Assembly: GCF_006345805.1 (NCBI RefSeq)
Contig: NC_043015.1
Coordinates: 10,044,001 to 10,108,000, forward strand
DNA from: Octopus sinensis
Taxonomy: Eukaryota
Direction of reading: 5' to 3'
DNA: 64,000 bases
The translations under genes were made by a program, and so were the position numbers. The notes beneath the pieces were generated by a model, which had not been told where the DNA came from, searched no databases, and worked only from the letters and a program-made list of their open reading frames with translations. Each line of letters starts with the position of its first letter. Position 1 is the stretch's first letter. Shown here piece after piece: positions 13,625 through 26,200 of this stretch.

Positions 13625-13750
13625 TCGACGTTGTCTGAATAAGTACTCTATGTACCAAACGTTAGAGGTCGAAGAGATCGCAAAGCAAGGTAATGAAGTG
13701 ATCTTTCTTAAAAGCACAACGCACCACTCTAACCACTAAGCCATGCGCAA
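13625..13750 (-). mobile_element. Degenerate tRNA-SINE remnant
   Basis: CTCTAACCACTAAGCCATGCGC (reverse A-box head) and GAA.AAGT.CTCTATGTACCA are shared with 16920-17022. Confidence 0.55.
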
Positions 13751-16700
13751 CGTATGTGAAGTTGATCTATAAATGCCAAATATTTAAAAGAATTGACACA
13801 TGAGAAAACCATACTCTATAAATAATCTAGTAACGAGGACACAGAGCAAAGCAAAAAGGAAGAATCGTAAATATGGTTTAGTTGGTCCTTGCTAACTCGC
13901 GTACTCACCTATATTGTAGTACTTATATTCTGTTATTCCCTGAGTGTTTATCTCTCTTATTATCACGCATTCTTTGTCTGCATTTATATAAACACTTTTT
14001 TTGACATTTCTCATGAGTAACTATAAACTAATTTACTTTTCTTTCTGGTTGTACACATTTGTTTTGAGGAATAATTCTTTTGTCGAACCAAAGTCGTCGG
14101 CAATATAGACAATGTACATCTCTGCTGTTTTAATGAACGAAATTCCTATTTGTATGCATGTAAATATGCAGGCGTGCGAATGAATACACAACACACGCAC
14201 ATAGTCAGTACAAGTTAGTGTATGCGTGTGTGTGTTTGTGTGTATTTGCAGTGTACATAATTATATGCATATGCAGACACAGAAATTATATATATATATA
14301 TATATATATATACGATACAGAGATTCAAGAGATTGATAGATATAAATACTCTACTGCAGATGATATATACTGACCGGTTTATAAATACTTGAATCTCGAT
14401 CAAATTCACATATGGTTTGGTTACCAGATAAAATGTGTATGTTTATCGATCAGGCGATATTTATATTCATGTATTTATTTAGATATTTATAAAGTTTTCT
14501 TCGTGATGCAAATAGATTATGATGGAAATATGCTGCGAGGCAACGTATATAACGTGTCAATTAAGATATGTTGTGTTTCTAAACATACTTTTATTTTTAT
14601 TTTTGCTAGTCCTGTCCAAATATGTTTTGACGAAAAAATTATTTTAAATTTCGCTCGGATCGATCGAGAATTTAAGCCGCTGGTCTTGTTTGCTAAGCTG
14701 TCTTTACATTCTGTATTTTTCTTTCTATCCCTCGGTATTCTTTTGAGAAAAGCCACTCTAATTTCACTTTCGTTTTTAATATTCCACGTGCTGTAAAGCT
14801 GTTCTTTGGAGTTCATATCTCCGACATGTTTTACAGAATGCAATGATGATTTCCCACTTCTTAGATTTCTGTTAGTTTTTCCGGAATATTTAAACAATTA
14901 GCCTAAGACAATACACGTTGGTGAAATTTCAATTTCCTTAGACTAATTTAATAATCCAACCGTTCACAGAAAATAAAAACATAGTCTTGTATAACATTTT
15001 CATCATAGTCACACAGTGTCCCGCGTACTTTTTCTCCTTACTTTTCTTACAGTTGCTCTCCACCACATATGTTTTTATATACTTCCCTTAAGTTAAGTTG
15101 AAGCCTATTAGGAACATGCAGGCACAATAGGATAGGGTTTACCTCGGTCTCCAATGCAATTTAAGCGGTCCTTTGTAAAAAGTCTCTTACAAAAACGACA
15201 TGTATGCTTCCTCGAATGTACTCTGTCAGTTATTGACAGTCATCAATTTCATTTGAATTTGATAGTAAAATGATGAACGAAGTGACGTACTCAAAGAAAG
15301 AATTAATCAAAGCACCATCCGGTCCAGGAAGCGAATTGAACACCCTAATCACTAAATCACTCTCTTTTCCATTTTCGTAAGTGGTATTCGTACTGAGATA
15401 AAGCATTCATTGAATCTAATTTATAAATGGAATTTTACTAGTTAAAATCATATCTCAGCAAAGATACATATCGAAGGTCTAAAGACCCGTAACGCTACGC
15501 GTTGTGCATGAATATAACCGGATGATTACAGTAATCTAATTGATGTATTTATAATGAATTTAGATTTGCTTCTCATTTGAACATAGATGGCATACAGACA
15601 TCATGGCGACAAGACCTTATGAGTGAATACATAGTGTGACAGAGTCTTTGAACGATTATGTTTACATCCTTCAGCAGAAGGCATTGTATTCATAGGAGGT
15701 CCCGTCTTTTGCGTATACGCATTACCGGAAAAGGACGAATCAAACTCTGGCGTGTAGCTGAAATGTTATTCAAATTTGCCAGGTAATGTCAATAACCACC
15801 GAGAAAAAGGCGACGGACCGCTTCATGTAATTGTGTGTAGTTTAATTATATTCGATGTATTCCTGTTCATTACTTATTGTTATTATAGCATTTCTTCACT
15901 ACAACGCTTCATCCTTATTGTTAATTCTATATAGAAGGTTATTCCCCTTGCTTCTGTTGTTCCTGTTTTCCGTTCAGGAAGAGATAATAAATAACACAGC
16001 TTCAATGAGGCGGACAGCAAAATTTAAGTGATTTATTGTATGCATATTAAGGGCTTCACATTATCTGCCACTGTGTATGTTTCATCAGCAGAGTAATACA
16101 AGTATAGGATATACAGTAGTTTTGGAATCATACTACAACACTTTACTGATGATAATAAAGAATTAATAATCAATTTGCATAAGAAACTAAAATTATAAAG
16201 TCGATCGTCGCCAATTACTGAACAGCCTTCGGCAGTTAGATTCAAGCGGTTGTTGGTCACGTGGTTGTAGTATTCCATTGCACCTCAGATGTAAACAAGA
16301 GAGAAACGCGAATGTCTCCACTAATAGGAAACATTTAAATTCCTATATAATTATGTAAATCTACATTCCTGCAATTTCTAATTGTACATTCTCGAAATTG
16401 AAACAATATTTCAGTTCCGAAATTAAACATTCTAATCATAAATTGTACATTCTCTGCCAAGAATTTAAAATAAGTACTCATATAAACTTGATATCTAGTT
16501 GCATGTGACAACAAATATAAATTAGTATGAAACATAAATAAGTGTGTGGTGACTCGTCTTAGTATATTTATAGTACGTAATTGTCCATAAATAGCTCCTT
16601 AATATCTATAAGTGTGTCGATATAATTCGTAAGATATATAGTCCAGCACACATATACACAAACACACACACACTCACGTAAAAGTATGTATATATCGTTC

Positions 16701-16919
16701 AAAACTACAGAAACCAATAGACAAAGAAGGAACGATAAGAAAGTGCATTAGTTTGATGTTCGAGAAACTATATTTATATACACTATGGGCTCTCCCGTCG
16801 AAGAAGACCTATGAGCATATAGCTTTTAGGCGAAAGACCTACAAAAATTATCTGTTTATAATGATCAAATGTTCGTGCCGCAAATTAGCTCACTCCCCCT
16901 CTATCACATCGACGTCGTC

Positions 16920-17022
16920 TGAACAAGTGCTCTATGTACCAGACATTAGATATCGAAGTGATCGCAGAGCAACGTGAACCGTTTTTTCTCAATGCACAAC
17001 TCTAACCACTCGGTCATGCGCC
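16920..17022 (-). mobile_element. Degenerate tRNA-SINE remnant (homolog of 13625-13750)
   Basis: GAACAAGTGCTCTATGTACCAGAC...CTCTAACCACTCGGTCATGCGCC aligns with 13625-13750. Confidence 0.55.
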
Positions 17023-17149
17023 ACCCACGCCACCAGATTAGAATTGTACTAAGAACAAGTGAGGACAAAGTCGTTTACGGAAGACAAACCGTCGCTCACG
17101 CATAAAAGTCTCCCCTCCCCAATGATGTTATTAACAGGAAAAACAAAGG

Positions 17150-17330
17150 AGGTACAGCTTGGCACCAAAGACGCCGCAACTCATTTCTACAGTTGAATGT
17201 ACTAGTACTGGAGCAACGTTAAATAAAGTGTCTTACTCAAGGGCAGAACACGCAGCCGGGTCCGGGAATCGGACACACAACCTAATGATCTAGAGTCTAA
17301 TGCCCTAACCACTTAGCCATGTGTCTTCAT
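17150..17330 (-). mobile_element. tRNA-derived SINE head
   Basis: Reverse complement: ACATGGCTAAGTGGTTAGGGC (A-box) ... CGATTCCCGG (B-box-like) ... TTGAGTAAGACACTTTATTTAACGTTGCTCCAGT. Confidence 0.65.
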
Positions 17331-17343
17331 TTGTATATATAAT

Positions 17344-17403
<60 letters not shown>

Positions 17404-17444
17404 TTAAAAAAGGAGATGTGGAACACGAGTTGTGATATATAAAA

Positions 17445-17778
17445 AAAGGAAATGAAGAAAATGCTGACAAAATAATTTAAGTAAGGGAGAGTGTATTAAT
17501 TAGGTGAAAGTTCTTTTTACCGGTTGCGCATTTGTTATGCTTATCAAAAGAATTTTTTAAGAGAGATAGAGTTCCTTTCTGATAGATTTTTTTCTCTTAT
17601 CTGAGATAAGAGATAAGAGATAAGAGAAAGAGATAAGAGATAAGAGATAAGAGATAAGAGATAAGAGAAAAAATCTATCAGAAATGAACTCTATCTCTCT
17701 TAAAAAAAGAACTTTCACCTAATTAAATACACTCTCCCTTACTTAAATTATTTTGTCAGCATTTTCTTCATTTCCTTT
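17445..17778. repeat. Long fold-back inverted repeat around a (GAGATAA)n core, flanked by (TA)n
   Basis: Left arm 17445-17602 is the near-exact reverse complement of about 17660-17778, except for a 34-nt extra segment (17519-17552) and a few substitutions or 1-nt indels. Confidence 0.9.
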
Positions 17779-17781
17779 ATA

Positions 17782-17832
<51 letters not shown>

Positions 17833-19339
17833 ATGTACTTATCCGTGATAGAAAATTCAACCCCAAATATTCCACATATATATAAATATATGAATATTGT
17901 TTGTTTAAAGTCACAATACATGTATTACAGTGCTACTAATAGTTTTATATGTTGAGAGGACTGAAACATATTCTTCAGGCGCAAACCACATATCATAACG
18001 AACTAAAAAAGAATTGAATAATAGAAGAAACGCAAAAACTCTCATGAGACAGTATATAGAAAGCGCAGACAGTAAACAACGGTAAACGAAATACAGATGC
18101 TAAATTGACAAAAATAAAAACGTAAAAGGTGAATAGGTAGAAGAGCTGTCCTCATTAGACTTTAAATGATAAGGTTGGAAAGATATCAAGTGAGTCAGGA
18201 ATAGTTGGAATTTTCCAATTCTTTAGAATATACGTTATGCATGCAACCACTGATAATTTCGGACCTGAGTTAGGGATTTTAGATCTGAACAGGATCTGCG
18301 CTCTTTCAGTCAACGTCTTCATATCTTCGATCCATTTACATAAGGTATATATATGAGAGATTAATATTCTCCCTGAGTACTCTCATTATTAAACTCTCAT
18401 TCTTTTTTCACTATCTTTTCTCCTCTCACCATTCCATGTCTTAATAACCTGCAGCCCCCCCCCCCCACATAATATAGCTAGCTCTCCACATATATGCATT
18501 ACATCTTTGAAATTCTCTGCATTAAGATCTGAAAGGAAAGAATTTTTCCATCCTGATGAGGATGTCTCGGCTTATCCAATGTAAATTTCCTTGAGATGAC
18601 CGCATATTGTGATGAACTAAATCTACCAAGATTATTATGGATCACCGAGCCCCCGGAAATAGTTGTTGGACTTATAACAGTTTTGTTCAACCCCTTCAAT
18701 TTTCTCTGTTGCTTGTACTCTGCGTAAGCTGGAACTATTAATAAAAAGTAGCGGGACCCGTGAACATTTCAAGGAATTAATGGTAAACGTTTTGGGATAT
18801 TTCTGAAAACTTTATCCTAAAACTCTGAAAGTGTAGCCTGTATTGTGTCTGGATCATAAGATAGTTGCGCGTCTGATAATCATTGAAAAGTGAAAGAAAT
18901 TGGAATATAATACATTTCATATATATATACTTTATATACTTCAAACACGATTATGGATTTAATACAAAACACCCCTCCTGTTTCTCTCTCACTCTTCGTC
19001 TTACCCTCTCTTTCCCTCCTTTTTTCTTAATCTCTTCGTATTTCCTTTGAACTAATCACGCGAAGGCATAACAGAGGAGCTAATTAACGGAACAAAAATT
19101 TGTTTTAAAATATTACGCATTTCACTCACGAGTTTCACGTTAGTTCTTTGCTCCAACTTCCTGTTCATATGAAAAATTGCAGGCTACTGCATACACGGAA
19201 TCACAAACACATAAATTTCACACCTTGCAAAGTAAATACTGCGATGTCACTCGGTATACCACACCATGAAACTCACTGCGAGCTCTCATTGCTCACGCAA
19301 ACTTGTGCAGTCATTTGAAGTAGACTAGTGTGTTTGTGT

Positions 19340-19560
19340 GTCCTCATGTCAGTGTTTGGCCCCTGCCCACCGCTTGACAACCGGTGCTAATATGTTTACA
19401 TACCCGTAACTTGGCGGTTTCAGAAGAGAGACTTGGAATATGTGACGAATGTTACGAAAGTTAACACGTACCGGGTTGCATAGTTTCGACTAAAATTTAA
19501 AGGCGGAACCCCAGTATAGCCGCTGTAAATTGACTGAAACAAAACAAAGATAAAAGATCA
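19340..19560 (+). mobile_element. 3' half of a family-1 SINE
   Basis: CGCTTGACAACCGGTG...CCCGTAACTTGGCGGTT...AAAGGCGG..CCCAG.AT.GCCGC...TGACTGAAACAA matches the 3' half of 42451-42860. Confidence 0.65.
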
Positions 19561-19622
19561 AATCTTGGAATTACTCAGGTAAAATCAGTTTCCTACGAAA
19601 ATATACAGAGAAATGCTTTCCC

Positions 19623-19664
<42 letters not shown>

Positions 19665-19737
19665 AATATATATATATATATATTATATATATATATAATA
19701 TAAATATATATATATATATGTATATATATATTAAATA

Positions 19738-19784
<47 letters not shown>

Positions 19785-19829
19785 ATATATATATATATAT
19801 TATATATATATATATCTCTGCTACGTCCA

Positions 19830-20275
19830 ATGTTTGGCGTCGTAAGTTAAGGCGGACACGGTTGAGGGAACAAGTAGTGACACTACCAAAAGGAGTTGCT
19901 GAGTATGTGTGTCCCTCAGTTCAGGACTGCTACGATTGGTTTAATTTTAAGGTCGATGTGATATCGTATGTTTATGCAACTTTAACTTGGTTCTTCACAT
20001 GCACTCTTCATAGTTTGATTCTTATGGATTTTGGAGAGACAACAGAAGTAGCTAGTCTGGCAAACAAAATGGGTCAGATAGACACATCCTTTGTTTTTTA
20101 AACTTCTTGTGGTCAGCGATGAGTGTGTTCAGTTTAGTTAGTGTCAGTTATTTTTGTCATTGTTTACCTTTTCGTAATAGGTCGTATCTTGTAATGGAGA
20201 CAATATATCGCTGTGTAATGCTCGATATACAGAATAACTATAACACATAACTTATTTACTTTCTTAATTATAATG
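19830..20275 (-). mobile_element. Decayed Penelope-like element, RT N-terminal region
   Basis: Minus frames read IIKKVNKLCVIVIL / LQDTTYYEKVNND / TSYFCCLSKIHK...DLKIKPIVAVLN*GTHILSN. These correspond to the PLE motifs IIKxADKG, PKIHK and LRPIV. Stops and frameshifts are present. Confidence 0.7.
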
Positions 20276-20294
20276 CTGTTAACATATTATACAT

Positions 20295-20705
20295 ATTTCT
20301 TTACTACCCACGAGGGGTTACACACAGAGAAGGCGAAAAAGGACAGACAAACGGATTAATTCGATTATATCGACCCCAGTGCGTAACTGGTACTTATATA
20401 ATCGACCCCGAAAGGATGAAAGGCAAAGACGACCTCGGCGGAATTTGAACTCACAACGTAACGGCAGACGAAATACCTATTTCTTTATTACCCACAAGAG
20501 GCTAAACACACAGAGGACAAACAAGGACAGACAAACGGATTAAGTCGATTATATCGACGCCAGTGCGTAACTGGTACTTATTTAATCGACCCCGAAAGGA
20601 TGAAAGGCAAAGTCGACCTCGGCGGAATTTGAACTCAGAACGTAAAGACAGACGAAATACCGCTAAGCATTTCGCCCGGCGTGCTAACGTTTCTGCCGCT
20701 CAACG
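20295..20705 (-). mobile_element. tRNA-derived SINE, family 2, dimeric
   Basis: Two head-to-tail copies of GTATTTCGTCTG..TTACGTT.TGAGTTCAAATTCCGCCGAGGTCG.CTTTGCCTTTCATCCTTTCGGGGTCGAT..A.TAAGTACCAGTTACGCACTGG; the head is at about 20660-20705. Confidence 0.88.
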
Positions 20706-21161
20706 ACTTGCTCTTATTGTTTTTGTGTTTATGTATAACTTGTTTTTGTATTTGTTTATGTATTGGGCTTGATTTAAACTGTGCAAGTTCATTGTTAGGG
20801 AAGGTGGATATAAAGTCACAAAATGTATTTAAAACTATTTTGTTACATTTATTAGGTTTGTGATCGCTCTGATTTCTTACAGAAGTTTTGTTCCTTGTCT
20901 CTTTATCGAACGAATCCTCTTTTAGGCATAATCTGCAACAGCAATGTGAAAGAGCGTTCTGTATTTCATTGGAGTTAGGGTGGTGTAGTGTTGGAGTAAA
21001 ATTTAGACGCTTGACAAAATATAAATTGCCTCTACTGGGAGTGTGTTTTTTTCGACAGGTTAATTATCTTCGGTTTCTCATCTTCAGTTTGTACCATCTG
21101 ATGTCGAGATCTGTGTCAGTTGTATCTAAATACGCACACACATATATGTGTGTACATATAC

Positions 21162-21267
<106 letters not shown>

Positions 21268-21275
21268 ATATATAT

Positions 21276-21319
<44 letters not shown>

Positions 21320-21351
21320 TATATATATATGTATGTATATACGTATGTATT

Positions 21352-21382
<31 letters not shown>

Positions 21383-21569
21383 CTATATTCACTCACAACA
21401 TTGATAGTGACTTATCTATTAGTAAGGATTCAAAGATGCTTATTTAACTCTTCTGATAAAGGAATAGAAATCTGCTAACTTCTGCTACATCTATAAAGAA
21501 CATTATTTTATAAAGAAAATAATTTTATAAAAAAATACTTTTATAAAGAAAACTACAAGATGATTATAG

Positions 21570-21600
<31 letters not shown>

Positions 21601-21611
21601 TTATATATATA

Positions 21612-21830
21612 TAAATAAATGTAGTAACTCTCCCCCCCCCCAAAAAAAACCAAGGACAAACACAAAAAACAACAACGCGAGTACGTGCTACATGGAAAGT
21701 ATTAGCAGATGCTCAGGGAAGGAAGACAAGTTGGTTTTTACGATTCGAACAAAGCTTTTCTTCAGAAAAAAGAAAACAGCGGAGAGCCCAAGGGCCTAAA
21801 TCTTTCAGTGAGTTGTTAAACGTCCAACTT
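21612..21830 (-). mobile_element. Short (TA)n-associated element with a hammerhead-like motif (copy a)
   Basis: Shares ACAACAACGCGAG.ACGTG and GTATTA-N6-GCTCAGG with 41675-41880; abuts (TA)n. Confidence 0.6.
21735..21770 (-). ncRNA. Minimal type-I hammerhead ribozyme-like motif (degenerate)
   Basis: Minus strand reads UUUUU CUGAAGA A AAGC UUU GUUC GAAU CGU A AAAA. The CUGANGA core is intact, stem II is imperfect, GAAA is GAAU, and stem I is U/A. Confidence 0.5.
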
Positions 21831-22532
21831 CGCCTGTTCAAACTAAATTAAAGAATATATATAAATGTATATTCCAAGTTGGTACATATATCCAATAAAA
21901 ACTCCACAAGTGGTTTCCAAGCCTAATTAATTCAAAATTATTAGTAGTTAATAGTTTACTATATCAATAACTTATATGTAGATTGACTGTCTATTTTGTT
22001 TTACGGACAATAGTGTTTGAGACGGAAGGAACTGGAATATTTTTCGTATCGAAGTACGATAAACTGAAAAGAATTCCTTCTATAATTCACGGTAGATGAC
22101 GAGGTTTGCTGTATGTGCGAAAAGAAGTACAAGAGTTATGGAATGGAGTAGATAAGGTCCGGGTAACATATGTTTCATGCGAGGGAAATCTCCGAAGTGG
22201 AAATTATCCAGGCGAGGTATATATCGCAGGCTACACTTCAGGCGAAAAATATCTTGATTGCCTTGTGGCAATGTAAACTTACATTTAATTAAGATATCCT
22301 TTGCTTCAAAATAGCCTGCGGTACATATATCGTCTGGATATTTACCACTTCAGCGGCTCTGCTCGCTATGAAATATATGTAGCTCTGATCTTATATACTA
22401 CATTCTGTAATTCTTGTATATGTCTATATATGTATATATGATTGTATGTATGCATGCATGTATATATGTGGGTGTGTTTGTATGAGTGTGTTTGTATGTA
22501 TATATATACATATATATATATATATATAATAT

Positions 22533-22580
<48 letters not shown>

Positions 22581-23051
22581 AAGTTCCTCAGCTATCCACT
22601 TAGAACCTGATATTTGGAAACTGTACAGCTCTTCAGCTGATGTATTTGATGGAAAGAGTGAGCGAAAGTGCATCACGAACATTTGATTTCAGTACTGAAT
22701 TTTTTATTCCGAATAAACACGTTGTTCCCAGATGCAATTCGAAAAAAACCCCGCCTTTTACAGAAATGTATAATGGTTGAACATTTCTATATGCTGCGCT
22801 GGATACATTGGGTATTCATCAAGTATGCTGATTTTTATTCATTCGTTATAATCTTGAATTATGCTCGCACTGACGATTAACATGTTTGCACTATTTATGA
22901 AATCGTATGATTTGCAGCTAAATTCTGTTTTTAAAAGGCTCGCTTCGAGAGTTGCATTCCCTCGCATTCGATACGATGTGCTTATTTATTTTGGTAGTTT
23001 TTACTTTCAGAGTCCTTTGTAGCTTGTGTCATTCATGTATAATAATGCCTT

Positions 23052-23087
<36 letters not shown>

Positions 23088-23090
<3 letters not shown>

Positions 23091-23228
23091 GGAGTAAGCA
23101 CATAAATGTTAAACAAGGGGGGAAAAGTGTACTCAAATACCAGAGGTAGAGTAATATGCTTTATTTAAAAACAACAGAAATATGACAAAAGCAATTACTC
23201 AGAGTCCCCGTTCCCTTCGGTCGGACAA
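23088..23228. mobile_element. Short non-coding element embedded between two (TA)n tracts
   Basis: About 140 bp of unique sequence bounded on both sides by (TA)n. It ends TTACTCAGAGT..CGTTCCCTTCGGTCGGAC, and a weakly similar segment lies at about 19110-19145. Confidence 0.4.
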
Positions 23229-26200
23229 TATATATATATATATGACCTCACTGAAACACTTAAGCAACAACCCGTACCGAGAACGATCAAATATACGTGC
23301 TGGACGTTCGCTCACACTTTCCATCAAATAGACATCAGCTGAAAACCTGTACAATATGCAAAATGTCAGGTATGTAAGTGGATCGCTGAAGAACGTAACA
23401 TGTGGTGACATGAAATGTTTGGCTTAAGAACACAATGCACTGCACTGTATTGGAAACAAACATATGATCTCGCTAACGCGAGTGCAGCACCATAAGCATC
23501 ATGCCACGCGTCCACTCGCATACGGACACATATACACGCACACTCACATGCATATTGGTGCGTGTATGTGAATGTGTGTTTGTACTTGTGTGCCTGTGTG
23601 TCTGTATTTGAGCGTGCGTGCGTCTAAATGTATTGATAATGTTGCGCTTTCAGATAGAAATTCATATATCTCTACTGTATATACTTTTATGGTTTCTCAT
23701 TACATTTGTATGATTTGGTTTCTTTAACTGATAAACTGAGCCGATAGTAATGCAGTTCCTTTGTTTTGGTGAGTCCAAAGAAAAATGTTTCTACTGGCTA
23801 AATCTTGTTTTAGAAGGCTTCTTTATTATGTATGTGTGAAAGTAAGAGGACCTAGCATTAAGAACAGTCTTGTAAACTAGTATATCTCTTTTTCTTTTGT
23901 GTTATATACGAATATATACTGCTATTGGAAGAAGTGCAATAACATATCGTTATTTTGTATTGGCGATGGCGGTATGCGAAATTTCAATGGAATCCTATAT
24001 AAATTATTTCAAATAGTATTTTCGGTATATTACCAGAAGATGCAGGTTGCAATTGCTACAATTCAAATTTATATATATTTATATATATACGTACATACAC
24101 TATCATTTATAAATACATATGTGCGAATACATTTATACATAAACTAATATGACTGTGGACATACGCTTGTCAGTGTTTCACTGTAGATACAGAACAAAGC
24201 ATTACAGCTGCAACATTCAGTTCATAATAACAAGGAAATGCTACAGATTTCATCCTATTGAGTACCATCCGCCCTTCAAATGATATACCGTGTGCATATT
24301 TGTCTGATTGGAAGATACATCTTTGAAACAAACATATTTTGTACATGCAAACTATATATATACTCAATGAAAAATAGTCACAGTTATTTAATATATGTCA
24401 TTTTAACTTCCAGCCGCAGCCAATAATTAAAACAATTCCGTCTACTAGTAGCTGATCAGCGGACATACTACTTGAAAAAGCAACTGCGTAAGTTAATGTT
24501 CATAAAATAAAATACATCTTCGATATTAGCTCAATAAGCGATAAACATGATCTCTCTAAACTTCAATTCGATGGACTTAATGTTTTCTGAATCTAAAATT
24601 ATTGAATGTATAAATTCACATTTGAACAACTTACACAGATTTATATAAAGGACTTGCTAAAAGACATTAAAAAAATTGCAGGATGGTTTTATGTGCTTCT
24701 GGGCTTTTTAATGGCTCAGGTAAAATATTAATGTCACAAGCCCGTACGAGAATATGTAGTCTTTACTACAGTGATTATAATTTTGTGAAAATCCATCCTA
24801 CTGATAACTGACACGTCACTTAGTTAAAGTACGCAATTAAGGTTGTATTTAATACAAAATACCTATGTGAAGAGCATAACTGATATATATATATATATAT
24901 ACATATACGCATATCAATTTTTGGTGGTTCACATACTGCAACATTTTTCCTTGCAGAAAATCTCTTATGGACTTGTTTTAAAGACAATAAATGTCCGGCA
25001 TAGACAAATAAAGTCTGCTCAAAAGTGGCCAGCAACTCGTATATATTCAGTTTATTTCAAGATTCCTTACCTATACAGAAAGAACTGGTTTTTAATCTAG
25101 ATCCAAGGTTCCTTCATTAGAATTTCAACATCAACAGCAGGGTATTTTTTATGCATGTGTGTATGTATGTATATGCATGTTTGTTTAGTCTAGGTATGTA
25201 TTCTCGTGCATGCATGCATATGTCTGTCTGAATGTATGTATGTATGTATGTATGTATGCATGTATCAATATATGCATAATTACATAAGCGTACATACTGG
25301 AACCTATGCGCCCGTGTGTTTCCAACTATCTTCTCTATTTATCTATCTATCTGTTTTTCTTTCTCTCACTCTCTCTCTCTCCCTATATATATATATATAT
25401 ATACCACGTGGGTATATATACAATGTGGGTATATGTACCCTCATGGACATATAGTTGAAGCTACATATTTTAAATGTCCGCACTAGGAAGGTTATGTTAC
25501 AAACTGTGGTTCCCAAACAAATTTAGCACAAATATATGTACTACGTAAATTTGCAGTGCTCATCATGTCGTTCAGGAAATGTTACATTTTTCAATGTACG
25601 GCTGTGAGTGATTGGCGAATTTAGGGTTTTTCGTGGATGAGTGTGTCCGTGTTCGTATGCATGCATCTTATGGTTCTTTCAGTCATTGGCTTGCGGTCCA
25701 TCTGGACAGAACCTTGAAAAATTTAATCGAACAACTGGATACCAGTAACTTTTATACCTAAGACTGGTACTTATTCTGTTGAACTCTTTAGGTTAAGGGG
25801 AGCACGCAGATATGGGAGCCAAGCGCACATAAAAAGACGTACATATATCTTTGTATCTATTCGCCTATCTATGTATTTATCTATCCATCTACACACAACG
25901 CATGCAAACATTCACACAACACATGCAAATACAAAAACGACTACAGGATGTTTGCTCTAGACGTGCAAAGCTATGGAAAGAACCTGTAAACAAATACTCG
26001 GGAAGACATTTACCTATCATAAAACACTAAAAAGTTAACGCTAACCTCAATTCTTTAAAGTATCATCCTTAATATAATCTAAAACAAATGTGAGCAGACC
26101 CAATGTATAATCAATATTTTCAATACATTACAGAAGTCAATTGAAGATTTAATTGTATTTTAAAATTTGTTGTGTGTGGCAGCCTTAGACTATGGTTAAC

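Noticed and set aside
13909-13977. Open splice-bounded candidates (13909-13977 minus; also about 23256-23369, 29750-29815, 36800-36990, 47710-47885 and 54053-54203)
   Set aside because: At least one splice site is weak in each, there is no recognisable homology, and they do not chain into a consistent gene model.
18551-18582. CTGATGA followed by a GGAT/ATCC hairpin
   Set aside because: There is no GAAA after the stem, no stem I or III pairing, and no sibling copy, so it is not called as a hammerhead.
19718-20101. 127-aa plus-strand ORF (…WRRKLRRTRLREQVV…)
   Set aside because: It is antisense to the decayed PLE RT fragment, and its N-terminus is microsatellite.
24414-24487. Strong AG/GTAAGT-bounded segments (also 50933-51017 on the minus strand)
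   Set aside because: All three frames contain stops, and consensus donor hexamers are expected many times by chance in 64 kb of AT-rich DNA. They could be UTR/lncRNA exons but are unsupported.
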